DNA from: Eledone cirrhosa
Lineage: Eukaryota
DNA length: 64,000 nucleotides
Reading direction: 5' to 3'
Assembly (NCBI GenBank): GCA_964016885.1
Contig: OZ024743.1
Coordinates: forward strand, 1,364,001-1,428,000
Position numbers and translations under genes: made by a program. Below are positions 1 through 64,000 of the stretch, in pieces. The stretch's first letter is position 1. Each line of letters starts with the position of its first letter. A model generated the notes under the pieces. The model did not search any database and was not told the DNA's origin. It saw nothing but the letters and a program-made list of their open reading frames with translations.

Positions 1-32
1 TAAAGTATCGAAACATTTCTTTCAACATTCAG

Positions 33-51938
<51,906 letters not shown>

Positions 51939-52024
51939 TCTTCATTGCTGCAGTAAGATTAAAGAGCCAGAACTGTAATAGTTCCTTGTAATATTTGATA
52001 TCATCTTGTAATAACACGTCTAAA

Positions 52025-52030
52025 AATAAA
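52025..52030 (+). terminator. Candidate polyadenylation signal
   Basis: AATAAA about 90 nt after the stop, followed by a GT/T-rich tract at 52053-52110. Confidence 0.45.
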
Positions 52031-53070
52031 AATTTAGCTCAATGACAATTATGTGTTTTCGTTTTATTTTTGTTTTTTAATTACTTTTGATTTTTTTTTT
52101 TTTTTTTTTTTCATTTTTAAATTAAAATATCATCATTGTATAAGTAAGTCACTGGGATGTACCTCTGCGATCCAGTTCAATAAAAGAAAGTTATTCCACA
52201 GTCACCTTGGTATAAAATATATTGTTCATTACTGAAATGACGATAACTTCAATTACCAAAACATGGATTTGCGTTGCTTGGATAACCTGTTCATTAGTAA
52301 ATCCATCGTGTATTTCTCTACTGAATGGAAAACATATTATTGCTGTTCTAAGAAAGCTAATTTAGGAGCAAATTATGCCATCACGTGTGTTCATTCTTGT
52401 AACATTACTTCACTCTTGAAGCATTTGACCAAATGACTTTATTGAGTAAAAGTTCAAAACAGTGGTTTATGTTTGCGTGAAAGATGTACTATAAACTCCT
52501 ACATACCAAATATGAACAGAAATTCAGAGTTTATCTCAACTTGCAGACAGAATATTAATTCTAAAAATCATAACAGATTTTAGAAAAACCAAGAATATTT
52601 AGGTGAACCGATTTTCGAACATTACATGTAAAACTGCAAGAGAATCTATTATGTGGAATGGTTTACTCAGTGGATGTCAATTTAGTAAGCAACCAGATTT
52701 TGCATCTTATACATTGCTACTTTTAATAATACGTAAAGCGTACGTCATTCAATTCTACATGAGTGGCACTGAGAATACTGAAACACTAATTATATTTTCA
52801 ATGAGGTATAGATCTGCCACAATTAGTATACTAATTACAAAGAATCAAAAATTTGTATGAGATGCATAATTATTACTGTCGCTATGAATCATTTTTTATT
52901 CATATTTCTTAACAGTAAGCTATAAAGTTAATTAAGATCCATCATACATGTTTATATTCATTTATAGTGTGACAGGTTTAAGACTTCAAGGGATTTAGTT
53001 GAACATATCGACCCAAGGACTAGTACTTATGGAATTGATATACTGTTGTCTACCTACGAGGTTACGGAAT

Positions 53071-53093
53071 ATGAACAGTAATTTTAAACACAG
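53071..53093 (+). CDS. Candidate first coding exon of gene 2 (MNSNFKHR)
   Basis: ATG...CACAG|gtacgg; joins in frame to the hydrophobic exon at 54610; TATAAA at 52921. Confidence 0.4.
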
Positions 53094-53105
53094 GTACGGT
53101 CATGC

Positions 53106-53162
<57 letters not shown>

Positions 53163-54235
53163 ACACGCACATACACACACACGTGTGTGTATGTGATAGT
53201 GTGAAAAGTGAACGTAAACAGCAAAGCAAACAATACTTCACAATGAATTTTTATTTCTTGGATTGTAAATTGGTTAGGGGGCATCGGTAGAATAATGTAA
53301 GCCATAACCCAAACATTTGTAGGGTTTGCGACAAAGGCAAAGATTGAGAGTAACTAGTATAAATTACTGGGGAATTATGAAAATAAAAGTAAAAATTGAA
53401 TATTTGTGGAACAACAATGATTAAAGTTTTTGTTGTAATTTAACTGGACAAAATGCAGCAGAATGCAAATTCTTGTTTCGTGTTGACTAAAAATTTAAAT
53501 TATATTTCATGCACTTGGAAGAAATGCAGACCGTTTCGTTCTTGGCTTTTAACTATATACCCAGTTAAATTGAACTCTACCGATTAGTCATATCTCAATT
53601 GTACAGAGCTCTGCTATCCATGTCTGAATCTCTATAGGATCCTCCAGTTGATGCTTAAATTCATTTACTTCGCTTTGAATTCCCATGCATAACACGAATA
53701 TTTCGTTTGTACTGCGGTATTCAAAGTCCGAAGAAGGAGGTATGTTTGTTAAACATTTCTTCATATGAAATTGTACTCTAAGTTATTTGTTGGAGTACAG
53801 GTTAGGCGATCTAGCTTCTGTCTCATACCCAACCACATCTGTCTGAATCCAGGTAGCGGATACATTTCATTTTTTCTACCAGAACAACCAGCCTCGCTAA
53901 GTGATATATTCTTATGTAGAATCATACTTTTCTTGATAGGGAGAGCAATAATGATAATCTTCAGATAATTTCTGTCAAACAGTTTCTTATAAGTTTGGAG
54001 GTTTTTTTCTGTTAATCCTAGGAATGCCTTGCCTATGTTAGTCTAGAGTATTAACGATTGCAGATGTGTGAGTCATTCCGACGCCTTTCCATTTTTGTAA
54101 GGCCTGGATTAAGGTTATACCTAACTTTATCTTTAATGCCAATTGCTTCTATAACGTTGTTATAGCAAGATGCTACACTATCAAACATCATTACTAAAGA
54201 AATATTAAATAGGGCCATAACTCTATGCCAGCTTT

Positions 54236-54376
54236 GCAGCATAGAGTTATGGCCCTTTGCGTTCTGAGTTCAAATTCGCCAAGGTTAACTTTGCCTTTCA
54301 TCGTTACGGGGTCGAGAAAATAAAGTACTAGTAATGCACTGGGGTAATCGCTCGCCTTGTGCCAAAAGTAGAAACT
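54236..54376 (+). mobile_element. Family-1 SINE fragment
   Basis: B box, central domain and tail; short inverted piece at 54212-54228. Confidence 0.75.
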
Positions 54377-54609
54377 AAAGAAATTTTAGATATTCTTCTA
54401 CTCATGTTTTAACCAATTCTTACAAACTATAGAGGAATTATAAGATCTGCTATTTTTGTACCATGTTTGCATTTTACAAATAGTTGTGCGTATTGTTTTC
54501 TTTTTTATTTAGAATTACATTCAAGATATTTACAACGACTAAATTAATCCTATCATAAGTTTGGCAACCATATCTTTCGTACTTCTTTTGACATTGTATC
54601 CCTCTGCAG

Positions 54610-54658
54610 GTTGGCTTTAATGTACTTACTAATGTTAGCATTATTTACAGTTGGGCAC
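54610..54658 (+). CDS. Candidate signal-peptide exon of gene 2 (LALMYLLMLALFTVGH)
   Basis: ccctctgcag acceptor and hydrophobic core; donor weak and 3' boundary uncertain. Confidence 0.4.
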
Positions 54659-55307
54659 GTACCTCATAAACATCTCTGTTATATTCGAAAAGAACAGACT
54701 TTTCTTTTTATTTCTTTAGATTGTAAAGGTCAGATTTGATCTAAAATTAAAAGGAATACGAACATACAGAAATTTTAGACTGGCTTTGTTGCTTTTTACT
54801 AGATTATTTTTTTAGTTGAAGATCAAAATTCCAACTAGTATCTATTTCAAAGTTTATCCTTAAATACATACAGTAATACGCTATTATTTGTGTCAGCCTG
54901 TCACAGCAGTTTACTTTATTTTTTAAATGAATCAATATGAGGATTTCTTTTTACGTAACAGCTTTTGTTTCTCTTTTACTTGCAATGAATAAAACGATAT
55001 TTAAAAGGGAAAATATTACATCAGCAATGAGAGTTTATGCATTAATCCAAATATTAAAAAACAAACAATGTGATTTTCACCCATTATTATTTAATCTGCA
55101 TAGATTATATGTCAGGCAAACATATGTAAATGAAACTTAAAGATAAATTTATATATATATATATATATATTGATCTTTAAGTTTCATTTACATCTGTTTG
55201 CCTGACATATAATCTATGCAGATTAAATAATAATGGGTGAAAATCGCATTGTTTGTTTTTTAATATTTGGATACATATTTTCTTTGGATTAATGCATAAA
55301 CTCTCAT

Positions 55308-55434
55308 TGTATATATATATATATATATGTATGTATATATATGTATATATATATATATATATGTATGTATATATATATATATATATGTATGTATATATAT
55401 GTATATATATATGTATGTATATATATATATGTAT

Positions 55435-55474
<40 letters not shown>

Positions 55475-55481
55475 GTATATA

Positions 55482-55571
<90 letters not shown>

Positions 55572-55577
55572 ATGTAA

Positions 55578-55613
<36 letters not shown>

Positions 55614-55616
55614 GTA

Positions 55617-55647
<31 letters not shown>

Positions 55648-55686
55648 ATTTATATATGTATATATATATATATGTATATATATATG

Positions 55687-55737
<51 letters not shown>

Positions 55738-55822
55738 GTATATATATATATGTATATATATATATATACATATATATACATATATATATACTTATATATA
55801 TATGTATATATTTATATATATG

Positions 55823-55913
<91 letters not shown>

Positions 55914-56154
55914 GTATACATATATATATACATATATATATATACATATATACATGTATGTATCTATGTATATATATATATATGTGTGTATATATATATA
56001 TATATATACATACATATATATATATATAAATATATATATAAATACATATATATATATATGTACATATATATATACATATATATATATATACATATATATA
56101 CATATGTACATATATATATACACACACATATATATGTACATATATATATACACA

Positions 56155-56185
<31 letters not shown>

Positions 56186-56206
56186 GTACATATATATATA
56201 CACATA

Positions 56207-56276
<70 letters not shown>

Positions 56277-56452
56277 CATATATATATATACACACATATA
56301 TATATATGTACATATATATATACACATATATATATATACATATATATATATACATAATATATACAGACATATATATATATACACATATATATATATATAT
56401 GTACATATATATATATACACATATATATATACATATATATACATATATATAT

Positions 56453-56495
<43 letters not shown>

Positions 56496-56605
56496 TATAT
56501 ACATATATATATATATTCACACATATATATATATATATACACATATATATATATACATATATATATATATGTACATATATATATACACACATATATATAT
56601 ACACA

Positions 56606-56636
<31 letters not shown>

Positions 56637-56656
56637 TCACACATATATATATATAT

Positions 56657-56740
<84 letters not shown>

Positions 56741-56785
56741 ATTTATCAATCGAGAACTATATATGCATATATATATATATATATA
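55308..56785. repeat. Compound (TA)n/(TATG)/(TACA) microsatellite, about 1.5 kb
   Basis: direct reading. Confidence 0.97.
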
Positions 56786-56843
56786 CAGCATGTATCTCAC
56801 AGCATGTATTTATAACTGATACATTCCCACACACACATACGTT

Positions 56844-56919
<76 letters not shown>

Positions 56920-57900
56920 AACGTATGTGTGTGTGGGAATGTATCAGTTATAAATACATGCTGTGAGATACAGCAACCAAGTACTCGGTTCTTCTACGCC
57001 TCACGTTCAGTATGAAGATTTCGATAATATTATCATATAATTTTCTACTGGTCTGCTTCAGCTTGGTGCAGCCATCGTCTTCCTTATGTAAGTCCTGTTA
57101 TATATTCACAGCTAATGGGAACATATTTATCGTACAGGCATGCGTTGAGTATCTGTATGCATCGTTGTAGGCCCATTCGGTCACAAATGACCATGATTTT
57201 ACACCTAGAAAGTTCCCCGCTGAGGCGCAGGCCTGAGAATGGTGTGGTTGTTGAAGACCTGCAGCCACCCATGCTTAACAGTCACCCCTCTCCACTGATG
57301 TTTTTCAAGGGAAAGACAATCGCAGATACAGCTTGGCTAATTTTCATTTTACCTTTATCTTTATTGTTCGCTATTCATTCGTTTGTCAAAGTTCTTTCGT
57401 CACACATTCTGTGAACTCCTCAATGACTATTTGTTTTGTGCCTCGTCTTTTTTCTGGTCTTGTCTTTGTTTTTGGTTGTTTTTTTTTTGTTTTTTCTTTT
57501 GTGATATGTTTTTCATGTTTCGTGTCTGCGGCTGCGGTTCTGTGTGTGTGTATGTTTTTGTGTTTTGTCATGTCTTTGTTTCTTTCTTTCTATTGGCAAT
57601 ATGTATGTATGTTTGTAATGTATGTCTGCGTGCGCATGTATATACATATATATTATTTCGACCATTGTTCCTTTTCAATTTCAGAGATACATATAGCGAG
57701 TGTGTGGCGAAGAGAGAGAGGTGGGGGAAAAGAAATTGTAAGAGATATGTACTGTAAATGTTTAAGGGATCAAGTGCTCAAGCCAATTATAACTATTTAA
57801 CTACCTCTATGGTGTGGATACAGTTATATATGTTTAGTATACCTTTTATATTTTTCTCAATGTAAATCTGTAATTGTTTGTGTACGTATTTTTGAAAATG

Positions 57901-58352
57901 TTATATGTATGTGTGAGCATTGGTACAACAGTTTGTCCCCTTATATGTATGTGTGAGCATTAGTACAACAGTTTGTCCCCTTATATGTATGTGTGAGCAT
58001 TAGTACAACAGTTTGTCCCCTTATATTTATGTGTGAGCATTAGTACAACAGTTTGTCCCCTTATATGTATGTGTGAGCATTAGTACAACAGTTTGTCCCC
58101 TTATATTTATGTGTGAGCATTAGTACAACAGTTTGTCCCCTTATATGTATGTGTGAGCATTAGTACAACAGTTTGTCCCCTTATATGTATGTGTGAGCAT
58201 TAGTACAACAGTTTGTCCCCTTATATGTATGTGTGAGCATTAGTACAACAGTTTGTCCCCTTATATTTATGTGTGAGCATTAGTACAACAGTTTGTCCCC
58301 TTATATTTATGTGTGAGCATTAGTACAACAGTTTGTCCCCTTATATTTATGT
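57901..58352. repeat. 40-bp minisatellite, 11 full copies plus a partial copy
   Basis: unit ttatat(g/t)tatgtgtgagcattagtacaacagtttgtcccc. Confidence 0.97.
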
Positions 58353-58511
58353 ATACTCGAGTGGGTAGATTCCTGAAGCCGGTATCGAGTAGTGGGTAAG
58401 TAACTCCGATTTATTTCCAGCTTTGAAGCTTTTCATTTATTCAATATATCCGCTTGGTTAATTGATATTATGTATTACGTTGATGAATACGTGTGCTATC
58501 TTTTATTGCAG

Positions 58512-59075
58512 CATGTGGAGAAGGTAAAGCTGATTTAATGTTTGTTTTGGATCAGTCTGGAAGTGTTGGTGAGAAGGATTTTGATAAAATGAAAACCTTC
58601 GTTGAAAATGTTGTTACTAACCTTCCTATTGGACCGGATTCTGTCCACGCAGGCTTGCTAAAATACAGCAAAAATGTTCATAAAGAATTTGATCTAAATA
58701 AGCATACTGATACAGCTTCCTTGAGTAATGCAATAGGGAAGATTGATTACGACGAAGGTACCACAAATACACATAAAGCATTAGATTATCTTCATGAGGA
58801 ATCTTTCACTGCTAATGGAGGTGATAGAAAAGATGTTCCAAATATTGCAATATTAATAACTGACGGGAAATCAAATAATCCAGAGAAAACGAAGAAAGCT
58901 GCTGAACGGCTAAAAGCTGCGGGCGTCACTGTATTTGCTATTGGAGTAAATGGTGCGGACAAGAATGAACTGGAAGCCATCGCTAGCAAGCCAAGCTCAA
59001 AATACGCGTCTTTTGCTGAAAACTTTGATGTTCTTGATGAAATTAAAGAACACATATCATCAGATATCTGTAATG
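58512..59075 (+). CDS. VWA domain exon (matrilin/collagen VI-like, intact MIDAS)
   Basis: DLMFVLDQSGSV...GTTNT...ILITDGKS...VFAIGV; cag|564 nt|gtaagt, phase 1-1. Confidence 0.95.
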
Positions 59076-59120
59076 GTAAGTTTTCTTCAAAGCAATATCT
59101 TTTTATGAACAATTGTAAAA

Positions 59121-59294
59121 TAATTGTTTCTACTTTTGGCCCAAGGCCAGCAATTGCTCAGTGCATTACTGGTACTTTATTTTATCGACCCCGTAAGGAT
59201 GAAAGGCAAAATTAACCTCGGTGGGATTTGAACTCAGACCGTAAAGGGACGTAACTACGCTGGAAAGCATGTCCGACCCTCTACCGATACTGCC
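59121..59294 (-). mobile_element. Family-1 SINE
   Basis: similarity to the other copies; starts about 45 nt after the VWA exon. Confidence 0.85.
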
Positions 59295-60252
59295 TGGTGT
59301 TCTTTGTTTGTTCTTTACATTTTTGTAAAGTTTTGTCATAATTCCAGGTGTTGGTATTACTAAAGGTTGTTTGTGATATAATGTTACAGTTTATTCCCTG
59401 TTCATCTTTATGAACAAAGGTATTTCTATTTCTATTTATTTATTCATTGAGTTATTTATTTTTACTTTCGCAATGAATAGATATTCAAAGACGAATAAAG
59501 ACGAAGGATTCGAAGAAAGATTAGGTGTTGAGTCGGAAGTTTGAGGAATGAGAGAGAACAGTAATTAAATGTGTAGTGCAAACGGAATATAAATATCGGT
59601 ATAGAAAGAAAGAAAAGTGATAGAGTTTCTCAATAAAGGGATAGAAATAAATAAAGAATTGGATGAAGACAGATCCATATATACCAAAGAGAAATATATG
59701 CATTACACGATCTAACAGAGAATACAGTTATCATATCACCTGATCAAAGACTAAATAGAAGCAAAGGCTGTATTATTGTTTCTAATACCATATCTATAGA
59801 AATACTGATAGCTACCTGTTGATGGTAGGGCCAATAGCATTGTTAGAACACGCAGGTGCTGAGAGTTATTCATAAGGCATTCATCATATAAATTCCGCTG
59901 TGCATTTTCAACGAGCTACAGAATCAGTGTTTCTAAGGAAAACGAAGAGATGGGTCAGAAGTATCGAGACTAGTAATATGTGGTTGCATAACCCAATATA
60001 TGAATTAGTCAATATATCGATTTGTCGTGATCAACCACCATTCTAAAACGATCTTAAAACAATGGACAAATAAAGCACCAATTTTCGCCATTTGATTTCA
60101 TTGTTCACAACATATATCTATCTATACATATATAGAAAATAATTTGCGAAAGTAAAAGAAAATGATGTTAATTTACTGAACACAGATCGAATATGCTGAC
60201 CCCATGAAATGTGGTATATCTAGATGTTCATGAAATTAAATATTTTTTATAG

Positions 60253-60363
60253 CACTTCCTTGCAGTAGCAAACCTTGTCAAAATGGAGGAAAATGTGTCG
60301 AGCAAGGGTCAAACTACACCTGTATTTGCTTGTCGGGATATATTGGAACGAACTGCTCCATCA
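60253..60363 (+). CDS. EGF exon ([37 protein letters not shown])
   Basis: tag|111 nt|gtaagt; close paralogue of exon 31362-31472. Confidence 0.92.
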
Positions 60364-60498
60364 GTAAGTTAAAATCAGTAATTTTGGATTATATCTCTCT
60401 CTCATGTTATATTTATTTGTTTGGTTTGTTCCTCTCTATCTCCCCCTATCAGGCTCTTTCACACTCACTCACATTTCATATATATATATATATATATA

Positions 60499-60770
<272 letters not shown>

Positions 60771-61030
60771 TATATAAGCAGAAGGGATATTCAATTTGTT
60801 GGTAATTCAACAAATAAAAATGTTTATAACTGATTCCGAGCACTCTACAAGTTTTCTGGAGTATAATATACAATGATATTAAATAAATTGAAACTATATT
60901 TATAAAACAATATTTATTCTATTATATACATTTCAAGGGTACCAAATGTTGGTACGCTATCAGGATAACTTGAACCGTTAAGGTATATTCTCCCTGGTTA
61001 TTTCAAAATTTATAAAACACACTTCGTATT

Positions 61031-61083
61031 TTATCTGATGATAGCGTACCAACATTTTGATACCCTTGAAATATATATAATAG
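61031..61083 (+). ncRNA. Type I hammerhead candidate
   Basis: uuau CUGAUGA uagcguacc..uacccuu GAAA uauaua UA auag; in fold-back about 60865-61135. Confidence 0.6.
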
Positions 61084-61137
61084 AATAAATATGGTTTTAT
61101 AAATATAGTTTCTATTTATTTAATATCATTGTATATT

Positions 61138-61285
<148 letters not shown>

Positions 61286-61325
61286 AAAGAACACAAGAGC
61301 GTCTACAACATCAAAAGATTTTTAT

Positions 61326-61374
61326 TGGCTTAGAATGTTTCTTCCTTACGTAACCGTAGGATTCTTCAGAGCTA
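61326..61374 (-). ncRNA. Type I hammerhead candidate, stem III mismatch
   Basis: gcu CUGAAGA auccuacg guua cguaaggaa GAAA cauuc UA agc. Confidence 0.55.
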
Positions 61375-63498
61375 TAAAAGGGGTTTGATTGGTTTTATGG
61401 ACTCTACCAACCAAACATTCAAGAACAAAGAGTAAACAGAGTAAAGAGCAAAAGCAGGGGACGATAAGTCTAATTTTGGTGCGGGAGGGTGGGGTGTGGG
61501 TCCTTGTTTACTAGCTGTGGTCATATTCATTCCCGGGAGTCGAGTGGTTATTTGAGCCATAGATGGGGTGGCGTCGATAGTAGGGTGCAGAGGGTGTGCA
61601 GAGGCTACACACACACAAAGGGCATACAATATATATATAACGGAGGAGAAAGTACATGAGGTAATTAGAAATGGAAAAAGAGTAATAATAATAATCTATA
61701 ATTAATAATGTATAATAAGGCATGGGGAAGATTACACTATAATAAGGTATAAAAGTAAGAATAAGGTAAAATATAAAGGAGGATAAGAGTGAAAATAAGA
61801 ATAAAGATAAAAAATATATATATAAAAATATATAGAGAATATATAAAAAAATATAAGCATGTATTAGAAGGGAAAAACACAATGTAAAAAATATATATAT
61901 ACATATATATATATATGTGTGTGTGTACTTGTGTTATATGACGTTGACTAACCAGGGTTGTGTATGCAACACACCAAGCACGTCAAATAACGCCCCCAAC
62001 CCCACATACCTAGACAAACATTATAATTTTATTGAATTTTCCTAGAAGAATACAATGGTGTGTATCTGTTTCTTTCCTTCAGGTTCTTCTACTAGACATC
62101 TTTTCATCTGTAGATAATTCTGAGATTGTACTATAAAGATTCAGAGAAAGAGTGAGCAATATAAGCAGAAAGGTGTTGAGAGAGAGAGGGAGAGAGAGAA
62201 GAAAGAAGTAAAATCGTATATATCTTAGAGTATATTATTCTTCATGACTTCCCTTTTATAAGACAAAGCTCTAGTATTTGAGTGAGGTTCGACTGCAATG
62301 TCTACTATGTCTAACTATAACATGCAAACGTCTTCGTTGACTTATACAATGAAAGATAGTATAGTAAAATGTAATGTATAATTTCGTTTTGTGTAACACC
62401 AAGTCAGCTCCATTTTGGCTATGTGCTATCCTCTCTACTCTTTTAATGCACAACAAGGGCTAAATTATCCAGTGTTTGTGTATTGTTTTGTGACGGTGAA
62501 ATTTAATGGAGATTTGGCTGTTATTGTTAGCTTAACTGAGAATCATATAAATATCCCCTTCAGCTATAATATTCCTAAAATTGAACTGACGAAAGAACTT
62601 TGAGAACAAATTATATATATATATATTTATAATTTAACTGTTGGTCAATCAATTATAAACATTGATTGCCAGCTAAATTGTTTATAAAACTATAAAGATA
62701 TACTGAACTGAATCGAAAACCAAACCAAACAGTGGGCGTGCTTTACTATTTTTGGCAATATTAGGACATGACCCTCCCCAAATATAACAATAAATTGTTT
62801 AATGTTTCGCGTAATATTTACGTCTTTAAGATGTCATTTGAAGGACGTTTATCAGTTATCTATCATAGATAATTTATCGATTGGTCCTACCTTTAAACTT
62901 TCATATTAATATCCAATATGTTTACAAAGGAAATTATTTGGGGAAGCTTGATTAATGACCCAATATTTGAATTATGCTAATTTTATCAACCCAGGAAAAT
63001 GATCCCCCGCCCCTGTCGATGTAGTAACTAGTAAATAATTTCGTATATAATTTTTTTCCGGTTTCCACTAATATAATTTTGCATTTTGTCTGAGTGTAAA
63101 CGCTTGAACAATTTTAAGCTGAGATGTAAACTGGTCAATCGAATAGCATGCCTGCATATACTAAGACAAAATATATGTATTTGTGTATGAATGTTTAAAA
63201 GAGTGACTTTCACTCATCATCTTTCAAATTATCAATAATGACTATTTTTTAATCATCATTATCTAGATATAAATGGTATCTCTATCGGAAGTTGAGAAAT
63301 CAAAATTATAAGAACTCATATTTTAATAGAAAAGAAAATAACAGTAAACAAATGTTTCAAATGCTTGATCGGAACGACTTACTGAAATTACATCAACTGA
63401 GTAAATTATATCTAAATATATTATATATGATAGAATATATTAACTTAGGATGCATAAATTCAGAACATCAGTCAAACTCTTTATGATATTTACAAAAA

Positions 63499-63568
63499 TT
63501 GACCCGTGTAAAAATCATGCATGTGAAAATTTTGGAAAATGTATCTCAACTGGTTTGAATTATACTTG
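63499..63568 (+). pseudogene. Broken EGF exon (DPCKNHACENFGKCISTGLNYT-stop)
   Basis: first three Cys of the EGF pattern; acceptor reads aa instead of ag; TGA at the 4th Cys, then unrelated sequence. Confidence 0.7.
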
Positions 63569-63840
63569 AGAAAGTACTTGCCTCAGTTGTCAGAGGAGAG
63601 TGGCTTTTATGGGATTTTTCCAAGAGTAGCCCTCTCATGTCTCCACACATATGAGGAATATTCTTACTTTGAATTTTATTGCTACGACATCTTCAGCTTT
63701 TCCTTGGCGGTGAACATGTGTGGTCACCAATTATTAGACGCATTTTTCCATTGTTCGTCTCCTTGACAGAGGTGCAGTCCGGTGTCAACTCAAGGCTGCA
63801 AAGCAATGGTGTCTTCTAATATGGTTGACATTTTGACACA

Positions 63841-63871
<31 letters not shown>

Positions 63872-64000
63872 CCTTTTCTATTCCTCTTGTATATATATAT
63901 CGACCCGTCTTCGGATTTTAGTGTTCACATTTATTATTACAATATATATATATATATCCGTCTGTCGTTAACGGCTGAGAGAAAAGAGTACTCAATACCG

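Noticed and set aside
54937-55140. MRISFYVTAFVSLLLA as the signal peptide of gene 2
   Set aside because: No convincing donor site, and the ORF runs into a fold-back repeat
55253-57015. Long ORFs of 200-470 aa (YIYI...)
   Set aside because: Stop-free translations of TA-based microsatellite; the same applies to the CVCV, HTHT and LLLL ORFs elsewhere
57901-58352. CRISPR-like regular array
   Set aside because: Units are contiguous with no unique spacers, there are no cas genes, and the context is eukaryotic

Overview
Eukaryotic, AT-rich, microsatellite-laden DNA. The SINEs and repeat landscape suggest a coleoid cephalopod such as Octopus; this is inference, not a database result. The + strand carries the 3' part of a large intron-rich gene for an extracellular protein. 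It has 22 symmetric 111-nt phase-1 EGF exons (33-31472), then VWD, C8, TIL, TILa/EGF and two PAN/apple exons, with a probable stop at 51936-51938. A probable second, related gene starts near 53 kb (candidate signal peptide, VWA exon, EGF exon, broken EGF exon). The introns hold a Penelope-like element (RT + GIY-YIG) with inverted pseudo-LTRs, a CRE-type RLE LINE in (TA)n, two head-to-tail R4/Dong-type RLE LINEs in (TAA)n, an L1/Tx1 fragment and many tRNA-derived SINEs. The least expected signal is about 18 candidate type-I hammerhead ribozymes, read by eye. Eight carry the compensatory U3-A8 core instead of C3-G8. Most sit in short fold-back or direct-repeat elements inserted in (TA)n, and several lie on the host pre-mRNA strand. 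Most ORFs in the supplied track are microsatellite artefacts. All calls were made by eye; repeat boundaries are approximate.
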